From Chiloscyllium plagiosum (taxonomy: Eukaryota), in assembly GCF_004010195.1 (NCBI RefSeq), contig NC_057718.1, positions 53,627,615-53,691,614 on the forward strand: a stretch of DNA of 64,000 bases, read 5' to 3'. Below are positions 1 through 12,880 of this stretch, piece after piece (within the stretch, counting starts at the first letter, position 1; every line of letters starts with the position of its first letter). The notes below the pieces were generated by a model. That model saw only the letters and a program-made list of their open reading frames with translations. It did no database searches and was not told the origin of the DNA. The position numbers and the translations under genes are program-made.

Positions 1-294
1 CTTGACCTACCTGCCTATCTTCTTTTCCACCTATCCACTCCACCCTCCTCTCTGACCTATCACCTTCATCCCCTCCCCTACTCACCTATTGTACTCTATG
101 CTACTTTCTCCCCACCCCCACCCTCCTCTCATTTATCTCTCCACCCTTCAGACTCTTTGCCTGTATTCCTGATGAAGGGCTTTTGCCCGAAACGTCAATT
201 TTACTGCTTCTCGGATGCTGCCTGAACTGCTGTGATTTTCCCGCACCACTGATCCAGAATCTGATTTCCAGCATCTGCAGTCATTGTTTTTACC
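1..294 (+). mobile_element. Penelope-like element 3' UTR/terminus (family A), cut by window start
   Basis: Pyrimidine-rich UTR, hammerhead motif, then GGATGCTGCCTGA...CCAGCATCTGCAGTC tail; the same tail follows the GIY-YIG remnant at 16192-17052. Confidence 0.8.
165..200 (+). ncRNA. Minimal hammerhead ribozyme motif (family A)
   Basis: CTGATGA (169-175), A, GGGC-TTTT-GCCC stem II (177-188), GAAA (189-192), CGTC (193-196); stem I ATTC/AATT imperfect. Confidence 0.8.
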
Positions 295-357
295 TATCTT
301 TCATCCAGCCAATATTCCAAATATCTATCATTTACAAATTGTGCATTTTATTCTACT

Positions 358-510
358 ATGGGTATATGAGTAGGAAGGGTTTAGAGGGATATGGGCCAAG
401 TACTGGCAAACAGAACTAGATTGGGTTAGGATATCTGGTCAGCATGGACGATTTGGACCAAAGGGTCTGTTTCCATGCTGTACATCTTTATGACTCCATG
501 TCTCTATGAC
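358..510 (+). mobile_element. CR1/HER1-like LINE 3' tail
   Basis: RKGLEGYGP coding end, GGACCAAAGGGTCTGTTTCCATGCTGT motif and (CTATGACT)-like terminal repeats shared with other CR1 copies here. Confidence 0.85.
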
Positions 511-1539
511 AAATACCATACCATTGTTTGTGAAGGGATGGAGGAAAATATCAAACAATTACAAAGATATCACTATATTGTCAGTAATGGAGCAGCTACT
601 GGAATCTGCTATCAGAATTAGAGACTGAGAACTTGGGGTTCTGGACTAAGGTCTACTTTTCTCTAACCATCAGTTTTTATTGTACTAGGTCTTTGGGTTA
701 TACTTTAATAAAAAAAAGAGCAATTCTGTGGAGATTTTCATAGCAAAATACTTTTTTAAAAATGTAGTTTTTTTAAATCCTACTCATTTCCACATAAACA
801 CTGTCTGCATAATTTTGTATGATTTTATCCAGAATTAGCTACAATTCCATTGCTGTTTAATGAAGATTTATTCAATTATTTCAGTCTTATGGAGTCAATT
901 TATAAACACACTGTATATTTACAACAATTGAATGAGCAGAAAGCAGTAAATCTTGATCCAATGCATAATAGATTAAATTAAGTGAAGGCTGGCAGAGGTT
1001 TGTTCTGGTCCCTCTAAGTATCCATTATAAATAAATACGGCTGTCTATAGTAACCAAATTATTCCATCCAGAATGATTAATGTCTCTGAGGTACACTAGG
1101 AATGTAAACACAGTATTTTTCATAAGCTCTGTCAGTTTTAATAAGTTGTTTGGCTTTTACTTTCTCACTTAATGACCGTGGTTTTCTAAACAGAAACATT
1201 TCAGAAACTGCATTTTAGGGGAAACCTTCTTCGGCCATTTTTTTAAAGAAGATGATATTAAGGACATCAAGTAGCATTTATATGGTGCTTTTAATTTACT
1301 AAAGCATTCCAATATGATTCATCAAGTTCACCTGATAATATTCGGACTGAGAGCAAAAATATTCATCAAAGGGTAAGGTTATCTTTCCATCTTGAGAGTT
1401 GAGCTGTGTCAGTATTAACATCCATTCCCAAATTAATTTGAGAAACTGGTGGCATATTGCGGTCTTGAACCACAATGTTCTATGGCAGAAAAGTACACCG
1501 ACAGAGCTGTTCGGAAGAGAAAACTAGGATTTTTAAGAA

Positions 1540-3400
1540 GCATCTTAAAAGGAGCCAAAGGTGCAGAGGATGTTGTGGAGGTTTTGAGATGAAATTCCAA
1601 AGCATCAGGCATCAGCAGCTGAAGGCATGGCCAACAATGGTAAAGCTATAAAAATCGGTATTGCTGAAGAGACTGGATGTAAATTCTACATATATCTCAG
1701 AGGGTTGTGCAGGCAGACGAGATTACAGAGAGAGATACAGAGGCCACAACAACACTAAAAACAATGATGAGTAAGGAAACTGAGACACTGTGTGTCTGAG
1801 GCCACATGTTGCTCAGTAAGCTGTGAGATGGGCAAATAAGACTGCTACAAGTGAGGACGCAGCAGCAAACCTTGGGTAGCCTCAGTTTTATGGAGGATAA
1901 AATGTGGGAGGGAGAATGACCAAGAGTACATTGGAAGAGTGAAGCCTATAGTTACCATTAGCCGACAAGCAGATGGAGTCAGGCAATGTCCGAGGTAGAA
2001 ATGAGCATCCTTAGCGATGGTGCAGAAATTAGAGTACAATACAGTGTGGAAACAGGCTCTTCAGCCCAACAAGTCCACAGCGACCCGCCGAAGCGCAACC
2101 CACCCATACCCCTACATTTACCCCTTACCTAACACTACGGGCAATTTAGCATGGCCAATTCACCTAACCTGCACATCTTTGGACTATGGGAGGAAACCAG
2201 AGCATCCGGAGGAAACCCACGCAGACACGGAGAGAACGTGCAAACTCCACACAGTCAGTCACCTGAGGCGGGAATTGAACCCGGGTCTCTGCTGCTGTGA
2301 GGCAGCAGTGCTAACCACTGTGCCACCGTGCCGCCCACCAAATGTGATCACAAGTTTGCCTTAGGGTCAATTTTGACATCATGTTTGCAAAACATCTAGT
2401 TCAGCCTTAGTCCATGTCCCATGAGAACAAGGAAATGAATAGCGATGAAATAGAATTGTAGCATGGACTGATGAGTTCCATTTTCTCAATGATTAAACTG
2501 AACAAAATTTCTGCTTATCCTATGATGGATCTAAAAAAAAGCTACATATTTAATGAAAAGGAAGGAGAATCAAGCAGCTGTCCTATGCTAAAGATAGGTG
2601 TCAGATTAAATGCAAAATTAACATTATGTTTTCTGACGACATTGTCAAAAGTTAGCACAAGGATGAGAACAAAGAATAGTTCTTTGTGCAATGATGCTGG
2701 GGTGGAAAGAGAAGCCATTGCACATGATTCACTGGCTGTGATTAAAGAACTAAAAGTGGAACCTGATTTGAGCAGTTCCATCCAGTTGAATGATAGTCAA
2801 GAGCCATTGAAGATCATGGTGTACTTAAATTTGTCAAAGGCTACACACAGGTCAAGAAGGTTAGGGAGATATACACCTTTCCCAAAGTCACATTGACTTT
2901 GACCTGAACTGTTTTGGTACTGTGGCAAGGGTGGGAATATGATTGGAGATATGCAAATAAGGAGTTTTGGGGAAGACATTAAAAAGCAAAAGGTGGCTGA
3001 AGATGAGGGTGGGTGTTTGCAAATATGGGAGGATCAAAGGTTACTTTTTCAGGAGAGGGGTGTTCATGACCACGGGTCAATATGTGAAGAGAAAGAGCCA
3101 TTAGCAAAGCCAGATAGCTTCAGGACCATTTAAAGAGAGGTGGACAGTCAGAGATTTAGTGAGAATAGGGTTAGGATTAGTTCAGAGAGTGTGGAAGGAG
3201 AGATAGAAGAGAAACCTGAAAAAAGATGCAAACACAGGGCTATGGCAGTGTGAAAGAAAGTTTGGCCAAGTGTAATAGGAGGATGCAGCAGAGGCAGCCA
3301 ATCAACTAGTCTCAATTTTATTGTCAAAAAAGTCATGCGCTCCTCAAAAGCATTGCTGGAGATATCAGTGGAGAGGCAGGCAAGAGGTGTTTACAAGATT
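1540..3400 (-). mobile_element. Old degraded L2-like LINE remnant, interrupted by a SINE
   Basis: Purine-rich + strand with remnant L2-like phrases; resembles the reverse of the L2 3' region; boundaries vague. Confidence 0.4.
2029..2336 (-). mobile_element. HE1-like tRNA-derived SINE (young subfamily)
   Basis: Minus strand begins GGGCGGCACGGTGGCACAGTGGTTAGC (A box), GGTTCAATTCC (B box); near-identical to 15296-15580 and 23672-23994. Confidence 0.9.
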
Positions 3401-4912
3401 AGTGTGCAGTGAAACAAAGAAGACAAAAGATGAATTCAAGAGAATCATAGTGGCACTTATTGTGATTTAAAACAAAATCAGCAGCACAACTTTTAGTTTG
3501 AACATGATAAAATGTTAGTGTGTTAGCCTAATATTGTAATAATACACATAAGCAAAAACTGACAATGTTATTAGCCAAAATAAGCATGCAAAGAATGGAA
3601 GTATTTGAGGGTAAAGGTTACACCTGAAAATGAAACTGAAATCAGTATCCAGCAGTATAGCAGGCCTAGCCTGCTTAAAGATTCTCTTCCTGGATTGAAA
3701 AGATTGAAACTTGAAGCCATGTTCAGCAGCTGTGTAGTCAAACATTTGGAGTTTCCCTCTGCAGATGGATTCAATAGTCAGAGCAGTGTCAGGGATTGAG
3801 TGGAGGTCTCTTTCCTTTGCTGGTTTTTCTGAACACTGCCTGGATTCCAGGCACCTTCTTCTTTCACGAGTGGTATCAGAGAGAAAGCACACCTCTCACA
3901 TGCTTCATAGTTTGTTCAGCTGAGTGTGGTGGCTGGAGTGCACTCACAGGATCTCCTGAAATCTCTGAACACAAAGGTTGCTCACAGTCAGTTAGTTAAA
4001 TAGATTAAAAGCTTAAAAATGGTGACCACTTCACATTTTTAAATTAAGTTTCTATTTTGGTTAATGAGTGATGCTAAGTCTGGTTGAATGGCTCTCATTC
4101 TTTCAGATGTTTGGTGAGATGGGAAGGGATACTCACATCTCTAGGAAAGACACTGTCAATGTGTTTTTCTTTACCCTTGGAACTGTTAATTGAATTTCAA
4201 AAGGTCTCTTCAGATTCTTCTTGAGATAAATGCATTTTGTTCCAATCTCATTTGAATCCACAAGGGATGTTTTGGGCTTCTGAGAGTCATTTTGTAAAAC
4301 TCTTTATGTCTATTTTAAATATATTTTAGCTTTATTTACACTATTAATAATGCAGACTATGTCCTTTTTTCTAGCTGACCATGGAAATCAATTCATATAT
4401 AGGCTAGATATTTTACATCAACATTTGTTTTAGCTCTGTGAACTTGGTACTGTAAATGTGTCAGCAGCATCACAAATATTAACAATCATTTTGATAATGA
4501 AGTTTAATTCTTTCTAAAATTGTATTCATTTCAGCTTATTATTGCAGCTTCCACTTATATTTAGATTTAGCTTATTCCAAATAATTGACCTGCTGTAACA
4601 CAGCTTCACTGACCTCTGGCTCCATCATGTTTAATTAGCTGAGAGCTCACATTAACATTCTGGTGATGTTTAAAACATTCCCTAGCCCGATAATTAGGTT
4701 ACTGATAGTTAAAGACTCACTTGTAACATTGTTTTGAATTTTTAACTGAATTTATAATTCCCAAAATATTACTAAATACCACCAAAATCATCTGATTTCT
4801 GGTTAACATGAATTGGACTTGAATACACATATACACGTATCTGCTCGTCAATAAGGGACAGTCAGGACACAGTCAATCCCCAAGCAGCCCTATATACCAG
4901 ATATTTACCACA

Positions 4913-4940
4913 GATTGGGATTGGGATTGGGATTGGGATT
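4913..4940. repeat. (GATTGG)n microsatellite, four GGG runs
   Basis: GATTGG x4.7 read directly. Confidence 0.9.
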
Positions 4941-5768
4941 TATTTTATTTGGACCTATTTCCAACTGAGATGTCCAAGGATGGATAATCGAATTAATCCT
5001 TAGGCCTCATCGATGTATTCACATGAACTGGTGGTAATGGTTGTCCTCCAGAGTCAGCTTGGGCTAGTGAATGTGTCAATATGCATGTTTCCTTTGGATA
5101 TTGCCTGGTTCAGGCCTACAACTAACATATACAATAAACAGCAGAATCATTGCAGGCACTGAAACACTTGGGCATTAGCTAGAAAATTGGGACAATCACA
5201 TGATTAGAAGCATGGAGATTCTAAACATTCTCATTTTATAGCGCAACAAGATGAGATTCTTGCCAGTGAGAAGGGAGAGATCTATTTTTATACATTAACG
5301 TCTCATTATTAGTTAAATCCATTTCATTTACATACCATTTCCCATTCTCCCTGTTACCAGGATAGAAAGTAGATAATTCCCGACATGGAAGTCAGAGCGG
5401 TTTCCTGGCAACTCTGGCTCTTCCAGACTTCCATCTTGGAGACCAGTCACCAACTTCTCACGGACCCATCCATAGAAGTGACATTGGCATGTACCAGCCT
5501 CATTGCACCCTCATGGCACATCTCCAATCCACTTACAAGATGGAGCTGCATTTTCCATGCTGCACTTGGACTGCAGTTCCACCTTTTATTAGAACACTGC
5601 TGCAAGGAGACTTTGCACATAGGGGTCAGGTGCCCATCTTATGGATTCAACCAGGCTGTATCTCAGGAATCCTCACTTCCTCTTAATGTTCACTCACATT
5701 GCACTTGCTTGGAAACTTACAGCATTCCTGCCTTGACCTATCTTCCCTTTTTGAAATTTGTTCCCTCA

Positions 5769-6128
5769 GGGAAAGGGTGGCTCAGGGGTTAGCACTGCTG
5801 CCTCACAATGCCGAGGACTTGGATTTGATTCCTCCTTCAGGCGACTATCTGTCTGGAGTTTAATATTCTCCCCATGGCTGTGTGGGTTTCTTTCTGGGTG
5901 CTCTGGTTTCCTCCCGCAGTTCAAACATGTGCAGGTTAGCTGGATTGGTCATGCTAAATTGTCCTGCAATGTCCAGGGGTGTGTAAGCTAGGTAAATTAG
6001 CCATGGCAAATAACAGGCTACAGGGCTAGGGTAGAGGAGTGGGTCTGGTTGGGATGCTGTTCAGAGAGTCAGTGTGGACACAATGGGCCAAATGGCCTGG
6101 TTCCCCGCTTTAGGGATTCGATGATTCA
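5769..6128 (+). mobile_element. HE1-like SINE (older copy) in duplication unit 1
   Basis: GGTGGCTCAGGGGTTAGCACTGCTGCCTCAC head, decayed B box, CR1-like tail. Confidence 0.85.
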
Positions 6129-6410
6129 GGCAGAGCATAAAGGCTCACTATACTTTTGTCTTACCCTCACCTTACAACGTAGACATAAAGCCAGGCAGCT
6201 TGTCAAAGTTGTCAGCAGTGATCCGTCATGGTGTGGAATGTTACTTGCATAGCACTAAACTTTTTTGTCAGGTGCCCATCTTATGGATTCAACCAGGCTG
6301 TATCTCAGGAATCCTCACTTCCTCTTAATGTTCACTCACATTGCACTTGCTTGGAAACTTACAGCATTCCTGCCTTGACCTATCTTCCCTTTTTGAAATT
6401 TGTTCCCTCA

Positions 6411-6771
6411 GGGAAAGGGTGGCTCAGGGGTTAGCACTGCTGCCTCACAATGCCGAGGACCTGGATTTGATTCCTCCTTCAGGCGACTATCTGTCTGGAG
6501 TTTACATATTCTCCCCGTGGCTGTGTGGGTTTCTTTCTGGGTGCTCTGGTTTCCTCCCGCAGTTCAAACATGTGCAGGTTAGGTGGATTGGTCATGCTAA
6601 ATTGTCCTGCAATGTCCAGGGGTGTGTAATCTAGGTAAATTAGCCATGGCAAATAACAGGCTACAGGGCTAGGGTAGAGGAGTGGGTCTGGTTGGGGTGC
6701 TGTTCAGAGAGTCAGTGTGGACACAATGGGCCAAATGGCCTGGTTCCCCGCTTTAGGGATTCGATGATTCA
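6411..6771 (+). mobile_element. HE1-like SINE in duplication unit 2
   Basis: Duplicate of 5769-6128. Confidence 0.85.
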
Positions 6772-6906
6772 GGCAGAGCATAAAGGCTCACTATACTTTT
6801 GTCTTACCCTCACCTTACAACGTAGACGTAAAGCCAGGCAGCTTGTCAAGGTTGTCAGCAGTGATCCGTCATGGTGTGGAATGTTACTTGCATAGCACTA
6901 CACTTT

Positions 6907-7410
6907 TTTGTTGGGATTGGAACAGAGGGAGTGGAGGGCTGCACATTATGAGGGCGAGAGGTTGGAGTGGGGGAGGGGTGTAGACAGGTTGAGGCAGACA
7001 GGTTGAGGCAGTTAATGTCTCGGTGGCAGTTGGAAATGAAGAGATCGAGGGCCGGTAATAGGCCAGCACAGGGTGTCCAGGTGGATGGAATTTGTTGGAG
7101 GCCGGCGAAGGGATCCTCGGAGGGTGGGTGGGAGTCAGCTCGGAGGCGGAGGCCCAGAAGAAGTGTTCAACGTCACAACGCATATTGAATTCATTGATGC
7201 ATGGATGGAGGGGGATGAAGGTAAGGCCTTTGCTGAGGACTGATCATTTGTCCTCAAGTGAGGGGTGGTCTGGGGGGGATTCCTGATGAAGGGCTTTAGG
7301 CCAAAATGTTGATTTTCCTGCTCCTCGGATGCTGCCTGACCTGCTGTGCTTTTCCAGTACCATTCTAATTTTTACTCTGATCCCCAGCATCTGCAATCCT
7401 CACTTTCACC
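6907..7410. mobile_element. PLE insertion with inversion: minus-strand ORF fragment joined to plus-strand 3' terminus
   Basis: Minus 6907-7278 encodes SVLSKGLTFIP...EHFF (PLE pre-RT motif); plus 7279-7410 is a family A tail starting ATTCCTGATGA; flanks AGCACTACACTTT (6894-6906) / AGCACTGTACTTT (7412-7424). Confidence 0.75.
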
Positions 7411-7868
7411 CAGCACTGTACTTTGTCAGTCTTACACTCAACCATGTGTCTGCCACATACACAGCAAATGTACTGCATGGCTGTGTCTGAACATTGAAGT
7501 GGAGTAGTCCTCCATCAAGGTTTGGCAGATAACCTTTGATTCGGGAGCCTCAGCACAGGAAAGTGAGGATATTGTCCAGTACCAGTCCAGGGGCTTGGAG
7601 TCACTGTCAGCCCTGTGGTTCAGTATAGGTCCAGTGAAACCAGTCTGGGACGTTGCAGTGGTCAGTCAGAGAGCTGCTCAGAGATCAGTCAGAGGCCCGG
7701 TCACACATCTGCTGGCATCATCCACCCAAGGTGGTCAGTGGGGTGAACAATGGTCAGCGGAAGTTCATGTGAGGAAGCCAGTTGTGCAGATTGAAGGTAG
7801 CAGGCTGGGATGCAGAGAGGATAAAAATGGTGAGGTAGGGAACCTCATCATAAAGAGGAAAGAGAAGT

Positions 7869-7978
7869 GGGCTTTTGTGGTGCAATGGTAATGACTCTAC
7901 CTCTGGACCAGAATGCCTAGTTTGAGGTCCCACCTGCTTTACAGGTACATTATAACATTGTTTGAACAGGTTGATTAA
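7869..7978 (+). mobile_element. Short tRNA-derived SINE-like element
   Basis: GGGCTTTTGTGGTGCAATGGTA head, decayed B box, ends GAACAGGTTGATTA; related copies on minus at 29330-29558 and ~57620-57705. Confidence 0.55.
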
Positions 7979-10900
7979 ACACATCTCTAAGGGAGTGAGA
8001 TGATAGTTCTTTGGAGAATATGGGATACTGTAGTAGTGATCAATAGTGCCAACCAGCCTGGCCTCGATGAGGGGATGGTGCTGCTCAATAGTTCATGTGA
8101 CTAAGGTGTAGAGCCATGGCTCAGATGAAGTTGTAATTCGATGTGGTGTGTGGGAATATGTAAAGGCTCAATCCTAATAGCTTGACTTGGAAGGCCAAGA
8201 AGAAAGGAATATGGAGTGGACAGCCATGATTAACAGACTAGCTCTGCACCAAGAGTGACCTGTATTTCCTTGCATAATCATGCAAATTGTAAATGTACAG
8301 TAGAAATGGAAGATGGCTGCAGTCACACCCAAAGTGGGCAAGTGTTTCAGTCTCTGTCAGCACACGGTCTCTCTTTGTGAATGATATGAAGCCCTCCAAG
8401 GGACAATTGAATGAATCTACAACCTGTACTGCACTTTTGCAGTACAGGTTGTAGACATCTGTAAACATAGCATCCTGCAGGTGAAATACACACACTTTTC
8501 AACTGTGTGGAATGTAAATGCTGAACAAAAGCCATCTACCATGTTATGAGTCATTGCAGATTGAAGATCATCAACTCTGTGAAACAGAAGTAACTGTAGG
8601 TGACCTTAAAAGTGGCAGATGTGGGCCACAACTCACAAAGACAATGCAAGATCTCATTGGCTTCACAGGGGCACAGAATTAATTTTCTTTTACCTCAAAC
8701 GATAAACATTTACCACTTGCTTTTATCTAACATGTCTTTCTTGGGCGATGAAAGGATGAGAGTACAAGGTACTCATACAGATGACCTGACTTGTGTTGCA
8801 TTCTTCAGTGGATAATTCGTATGTCAAAGCTCCATTCAGAGGCATTCTATCGCCCTCCTTGTCAAAGTCTTCCTTTTGCCACAGTATGGAAGAGACACTA
8901 AAGCATCATTTGTGAGTGATCATCAACTTGTCAATGGCTGAATATCCATTTGCACACACCCTTTGGATACAGTTTGTGTGTAAACCATCCACAACTGTTT
9001 GAACCAGCTGCTCTATAAACAGCGCTTAAAGTGAATGTCAGCTTATATGCTTTTCGAAAAATGCAGCAATCCTCAACAATTCTTGTTTTTTTTAAACAGT
9101 GCTTTCTCCATTTCAGTTCACAATTAAAATGCAGAAAAATAAAAAAGACAGTCTTTACAATGTAATCTAATGGCTTAACTTTAACCCAGACATTGATGTG
9201 CCAGAATATAGTATTTCTGCATAATAGTAAGCTGTAATAAGCATCTGTTGGATAATTCGGTACCATATTATTCATGCCTTATTTCCTAGGTTACAAAACA
9301 TATCATAATCATTGTCACACGAGGCAAAATAACATGCTGGAAGCAAGACTTAAAAAATAGATTTTGCTCCACAATGGTTAGGGGGTTTATTGGGGGCAGT
9401 CCATGGAGACCTGTGGAAAGCAAGCATCCCAAGTTTGAAAATGGAGTTCATTTGACTGAGTCACGAAGGGAATGGGATCAGATTGACCAGTGGAGGCGAT
9501 TGGGAGGTCGAGAACAGAGTGAGGGATTTTCTCAGTCATCATCTCTCTGGCTTCTAGGACATATGGCTAAAATGGGCATGGGTTTTTCTGAAGCCATAGG
9601 CTCTCAGAATAAAATAAGGATATTAGTAGTTATTTAAAGGGATTCAAAAAACAAATACGGGTGTGGTGTTGAAAGGTCATAGGAGCAAAGTAACAGCAAC
9701 CCAAAAGGGAACATTAAAAAATGGGAGTTATCATCTTACATTTCACGTGGAGCCTGTAGGTCACTCACAAGAACATATCATCGGAACCTTTCATCTCTGA
9801 CTGACACTCAACTGCCCAAAATGGATGACAGTGTGCAAACTGGTTGAAGTTAGTTACTTTTTTCTCTTCTTAAAGTAAAATGTTTGCAATTTGAGAACCT
9901 GCTAATGGCAACTACAGTGATCATGCTCTCCCAGTTTAGCTTCAATGTGCACTTCATCAGTGGGCCATTTATCCAAAATGCACTTTAAGAATAATAGCCT
10001 CAAGCAATTATGACCATTACATTGTGTGCCCTAATTGTTTCCTTGTCATATCAACTAAGCAAATGTAATCACAGAAATGTACTTAAAAGCATTGCCTGAG
10101 CTTCTTTTATTGTTCTTATATTCCATAAGTAGAAACACTGAACTGTGAGTATGTAAGGACATGGTCTGGTATATGCTAGACTGCCTTTTGTTTGTGGCGT
10201 GGGAGGAGGGGAGGGAATCTATATTTTGGCTCACTGCCAAATTTCTAGTTCCACAATGTAGCATGAAGCATTTGAGTACACACTCTACATTTGGATAAGT
10301 TTACATACTTTTGAGCTCCTTATGGAAAAGATGACAGTGGCCTCCACAGAAAGCTACTGTATGGGGGCAGAACATGAGGCTTCCTTGGAATGGATGAGGG
10401 ACCTCAGGAGTTCCTTCATTATACTTTTATTAACTTTCTGACGTATCTTCACGCAGCTGAGATGGACATCACTGCGACTCGAGTTCTTGTCGCTTTGCTT
10501 CAATGCAAACACAGCCTAGAATGAGATGGCAATTGCAACTTCTTCAGCAGCTTCATCAAGAACAGTAATCTCCAGGAGCTACTGCATAGCCCCCACCGGT
10601 ACAACAGACGAAGGATCCAGCAAGTAGGCCGAGGGGAATGAGGAAACCTCGAATCTACTCTGTCATTTTATTCAATCATCTGAAAGACAGTGTAGGCATC
10701 AAGTGTGGAAGCATATGCACAGGCCAGGCCTCAGCACATTCTCTGCATTTTGCATTTAATCTCTGTGTTGTCCACATTAAACTGCAACGGCTTGGCTGCA
10801 GTCATCATCTCAGTTCAAGGATCCTAAACAACTGCGGTTATCTACAGCCAATGAGTTGATTGCTTGTGAGAGATGAATAATGCCTGGACATTATAACTTC

Positions 10901-11654
10901 TTTCATCCTTGGGATGTCTGAAGACAATGCTCATGCCTCAAGTGGGTGCAATGCAATCACATCAGACAATTAAAATTACACAAGAGTAAACATTTTAAGT
11001 TGAAAGTGAGGATATATTTACAAAGGTGCACAACGACTTATGATGGTGGAGCACCCATGCCACCTAAGTGCTCTCAGTAATTTTTTTATATCCTCCTGTT
11101 TTCTTCATTCATGGAGCCATGCAGATGAAGTATGGGAATTGCCAAATTGATTTACCATTCCACTTCTTAATCATATCGTTGTTATCTGTGAAGCATAGAA
11201 ACATGCTGTTCATAAAAACAACGGAGATCACTATAATGTTTAATTTATGCACCTTTGATGTGATTTGGGCAATGATTTGAAAAGAATGGCTCTTGAACAG
11301 GTTTCTGGGATTTGGAAAGCTCATGACTAAAAGATTGTGTGACTTCATAGGTTTGCCATGCATTCAGCTTTCTGAAATGAATAAAACCTCAATACCCCTA
11401 GCCACCTTCTTACTACCAGCTAAATCATGCACTTCTTTGCACCATTTGGATGTACTCACATAGAGAACATTATCCTGGATTAGGGGCATTCGCTGCTGTT
11501 TATGGGACATTGTCAAGGCAAAATCCACCAAAGGTAAGGATGTTGTGCTGTGGAGGGATTCACAGGTTGGCAACAGATAGAGGAGCAACAGAGAGACCAA
11601 GGTCACGGGACGCACCAGCATTAGCCTTCTAGTGTTTACACACAGGGGCATAGT

Positions 11655-11735
11655 GTCCTTAACCTCTCCGAAGGACAATGTTTCCAAAAGCTAACATTGC
11701 CATGGCAGGTTGTTACAGCCATTTGCAGCCTGGTA
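11655..11735 (+). pseudogene. Possible PIF/Harbinger transposase N-terminal fossil
   Basis: Translates VLNLSEGQCFQKLTLPWQVVTAICSLV, reminiscent of Harbinger transposase N-termini; short and unverified. Confidence 0.3.
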
Positions 11736-12788
11736 GAATTTTATTCACTGCTGGGCCTAGTGATCACTCATAAACTGCTGCCCTGAAAGCCAACTTCACT
11801 TCCATATTTTTCTGACTTTGATTCCTTCCAGGAAACCTCTGGAGACATATTGAGGGTCTCCCTCTCATCTTCTAAGCTAACAATGCCATCTATGACAATT
11901 TTCTTCATACTGCTTCCAGCTTTATTGTACCAAGGATCATATCAAGAGATACCTCATTGACTCCGGGTCCTTTTGTTACCCCGATTTCATTTCAATTTCA
12001 GATTATCAAATCAAACTTACCCAGCTCCTCCAAATGCCAATATATGCTTTGGTCCTTTAAACAGTCAAGTTGGAATCACATCATAGGAATGCACATCATG
12101 TTTTCTCAGTTCAGTTGGTAATGCGACACTTAGAAGTGAGGCACCAAGATTGACACCAGACACTCCCATCTGACACATGGCCTCTTTTCACACTGGTTAC
12201 TACTCACTGCCACACTTATTGCCTTCAACACTGCAACTCATACCTTCGCTTATCAGTAAAATCAATCCCAATTTATTTAAAATGGGGAAAAGGATGGATT
12301 TGAAGTTAATTGGTGAAAGTGAGAAAATAAATTGAAGGGCCAAGATACAGAAGTAGGATAACAATATAGATGCAAAAGTAAAAGCTATTAGAAGTGAACA
12401 AACTTGTACTTCAAAAGCATTCAGGGTAAAATATTACAAAGACAGTTAAAATTCAGAGGAAAAAGTGACTATTAGGTCATTCTTAAAACAGTGCAATGCA
12501 AAAGAAAAATGTTTTGACAGAAAAAGAGAGTGTGGATTGAAGGCTGGAAGATATGATGGGATTGACTCTCAGAGAAGGAGCTTTCCAAGATTGTGAGACA
12601 TGCTGGGAGAACATTAAACTTTATTGGGCTATAGAGTTACAAGTTTTCAAAGGAAAAGCAATGTTTGATGTGAGAGCAAACAGCTGAGAGTTCCATCTGA
12701 AGTCAAAAGAGATGGTGATAATATCAAGAGACAGAGAAGGTGCTTATCCTTTCAGAAGTGTCCATGTGCATACTTGACATTTAAAATT

Positions 12789-12823
12789 ATTCTGAAGAAG
12801 GGCCTGTGCCCGAAACGTCGAAT
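12789..12823 (+). ncRNA. Minimal hammerhead ribozyme motif (family A), intact core
   Basis: CTGAAGA (12792-12798), A, GGGC-CTGT-GCCC, GAAA (12812-12815), CGTC, GAAT. Confidence 0.8.
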
Positions 12824-12880
12824 CTCCTGTTCCCTGGATGCTGCCTGACCTGCTGTGCTGTTCCAGCAATAAAGTTTCAA
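12794..12880 (+). mobile_element. 87-bp solo PLE terminus with perfect 15-bp TSD
   Basis: ATTTAAAATTATTCT at 12779-12793 and 12881-12895 flanks hammerhead plus family A tail ending AATAAAGTTTCAA. Confidence 0.9.

Larger units (their letters stand above)
5625..6909 (+). repeat. Tandem duplication, two units of 642/643 bp
   Basis: 5625-6266 vs 6267-6909; about 9 differences counted by eye; ORF pairs offset by 642/643. Confidence 0.95.

Noticed and set aside
2017..2364. Recurring ORF RKPEHPEETHADT (also 15319, 23837)
   Set aside because: Antisense translation of the HE1-like SINE
4913..4940. Interstitial telomere
   Set aside because: The unit is GGGATT, not TTAGGG or CCCTAA
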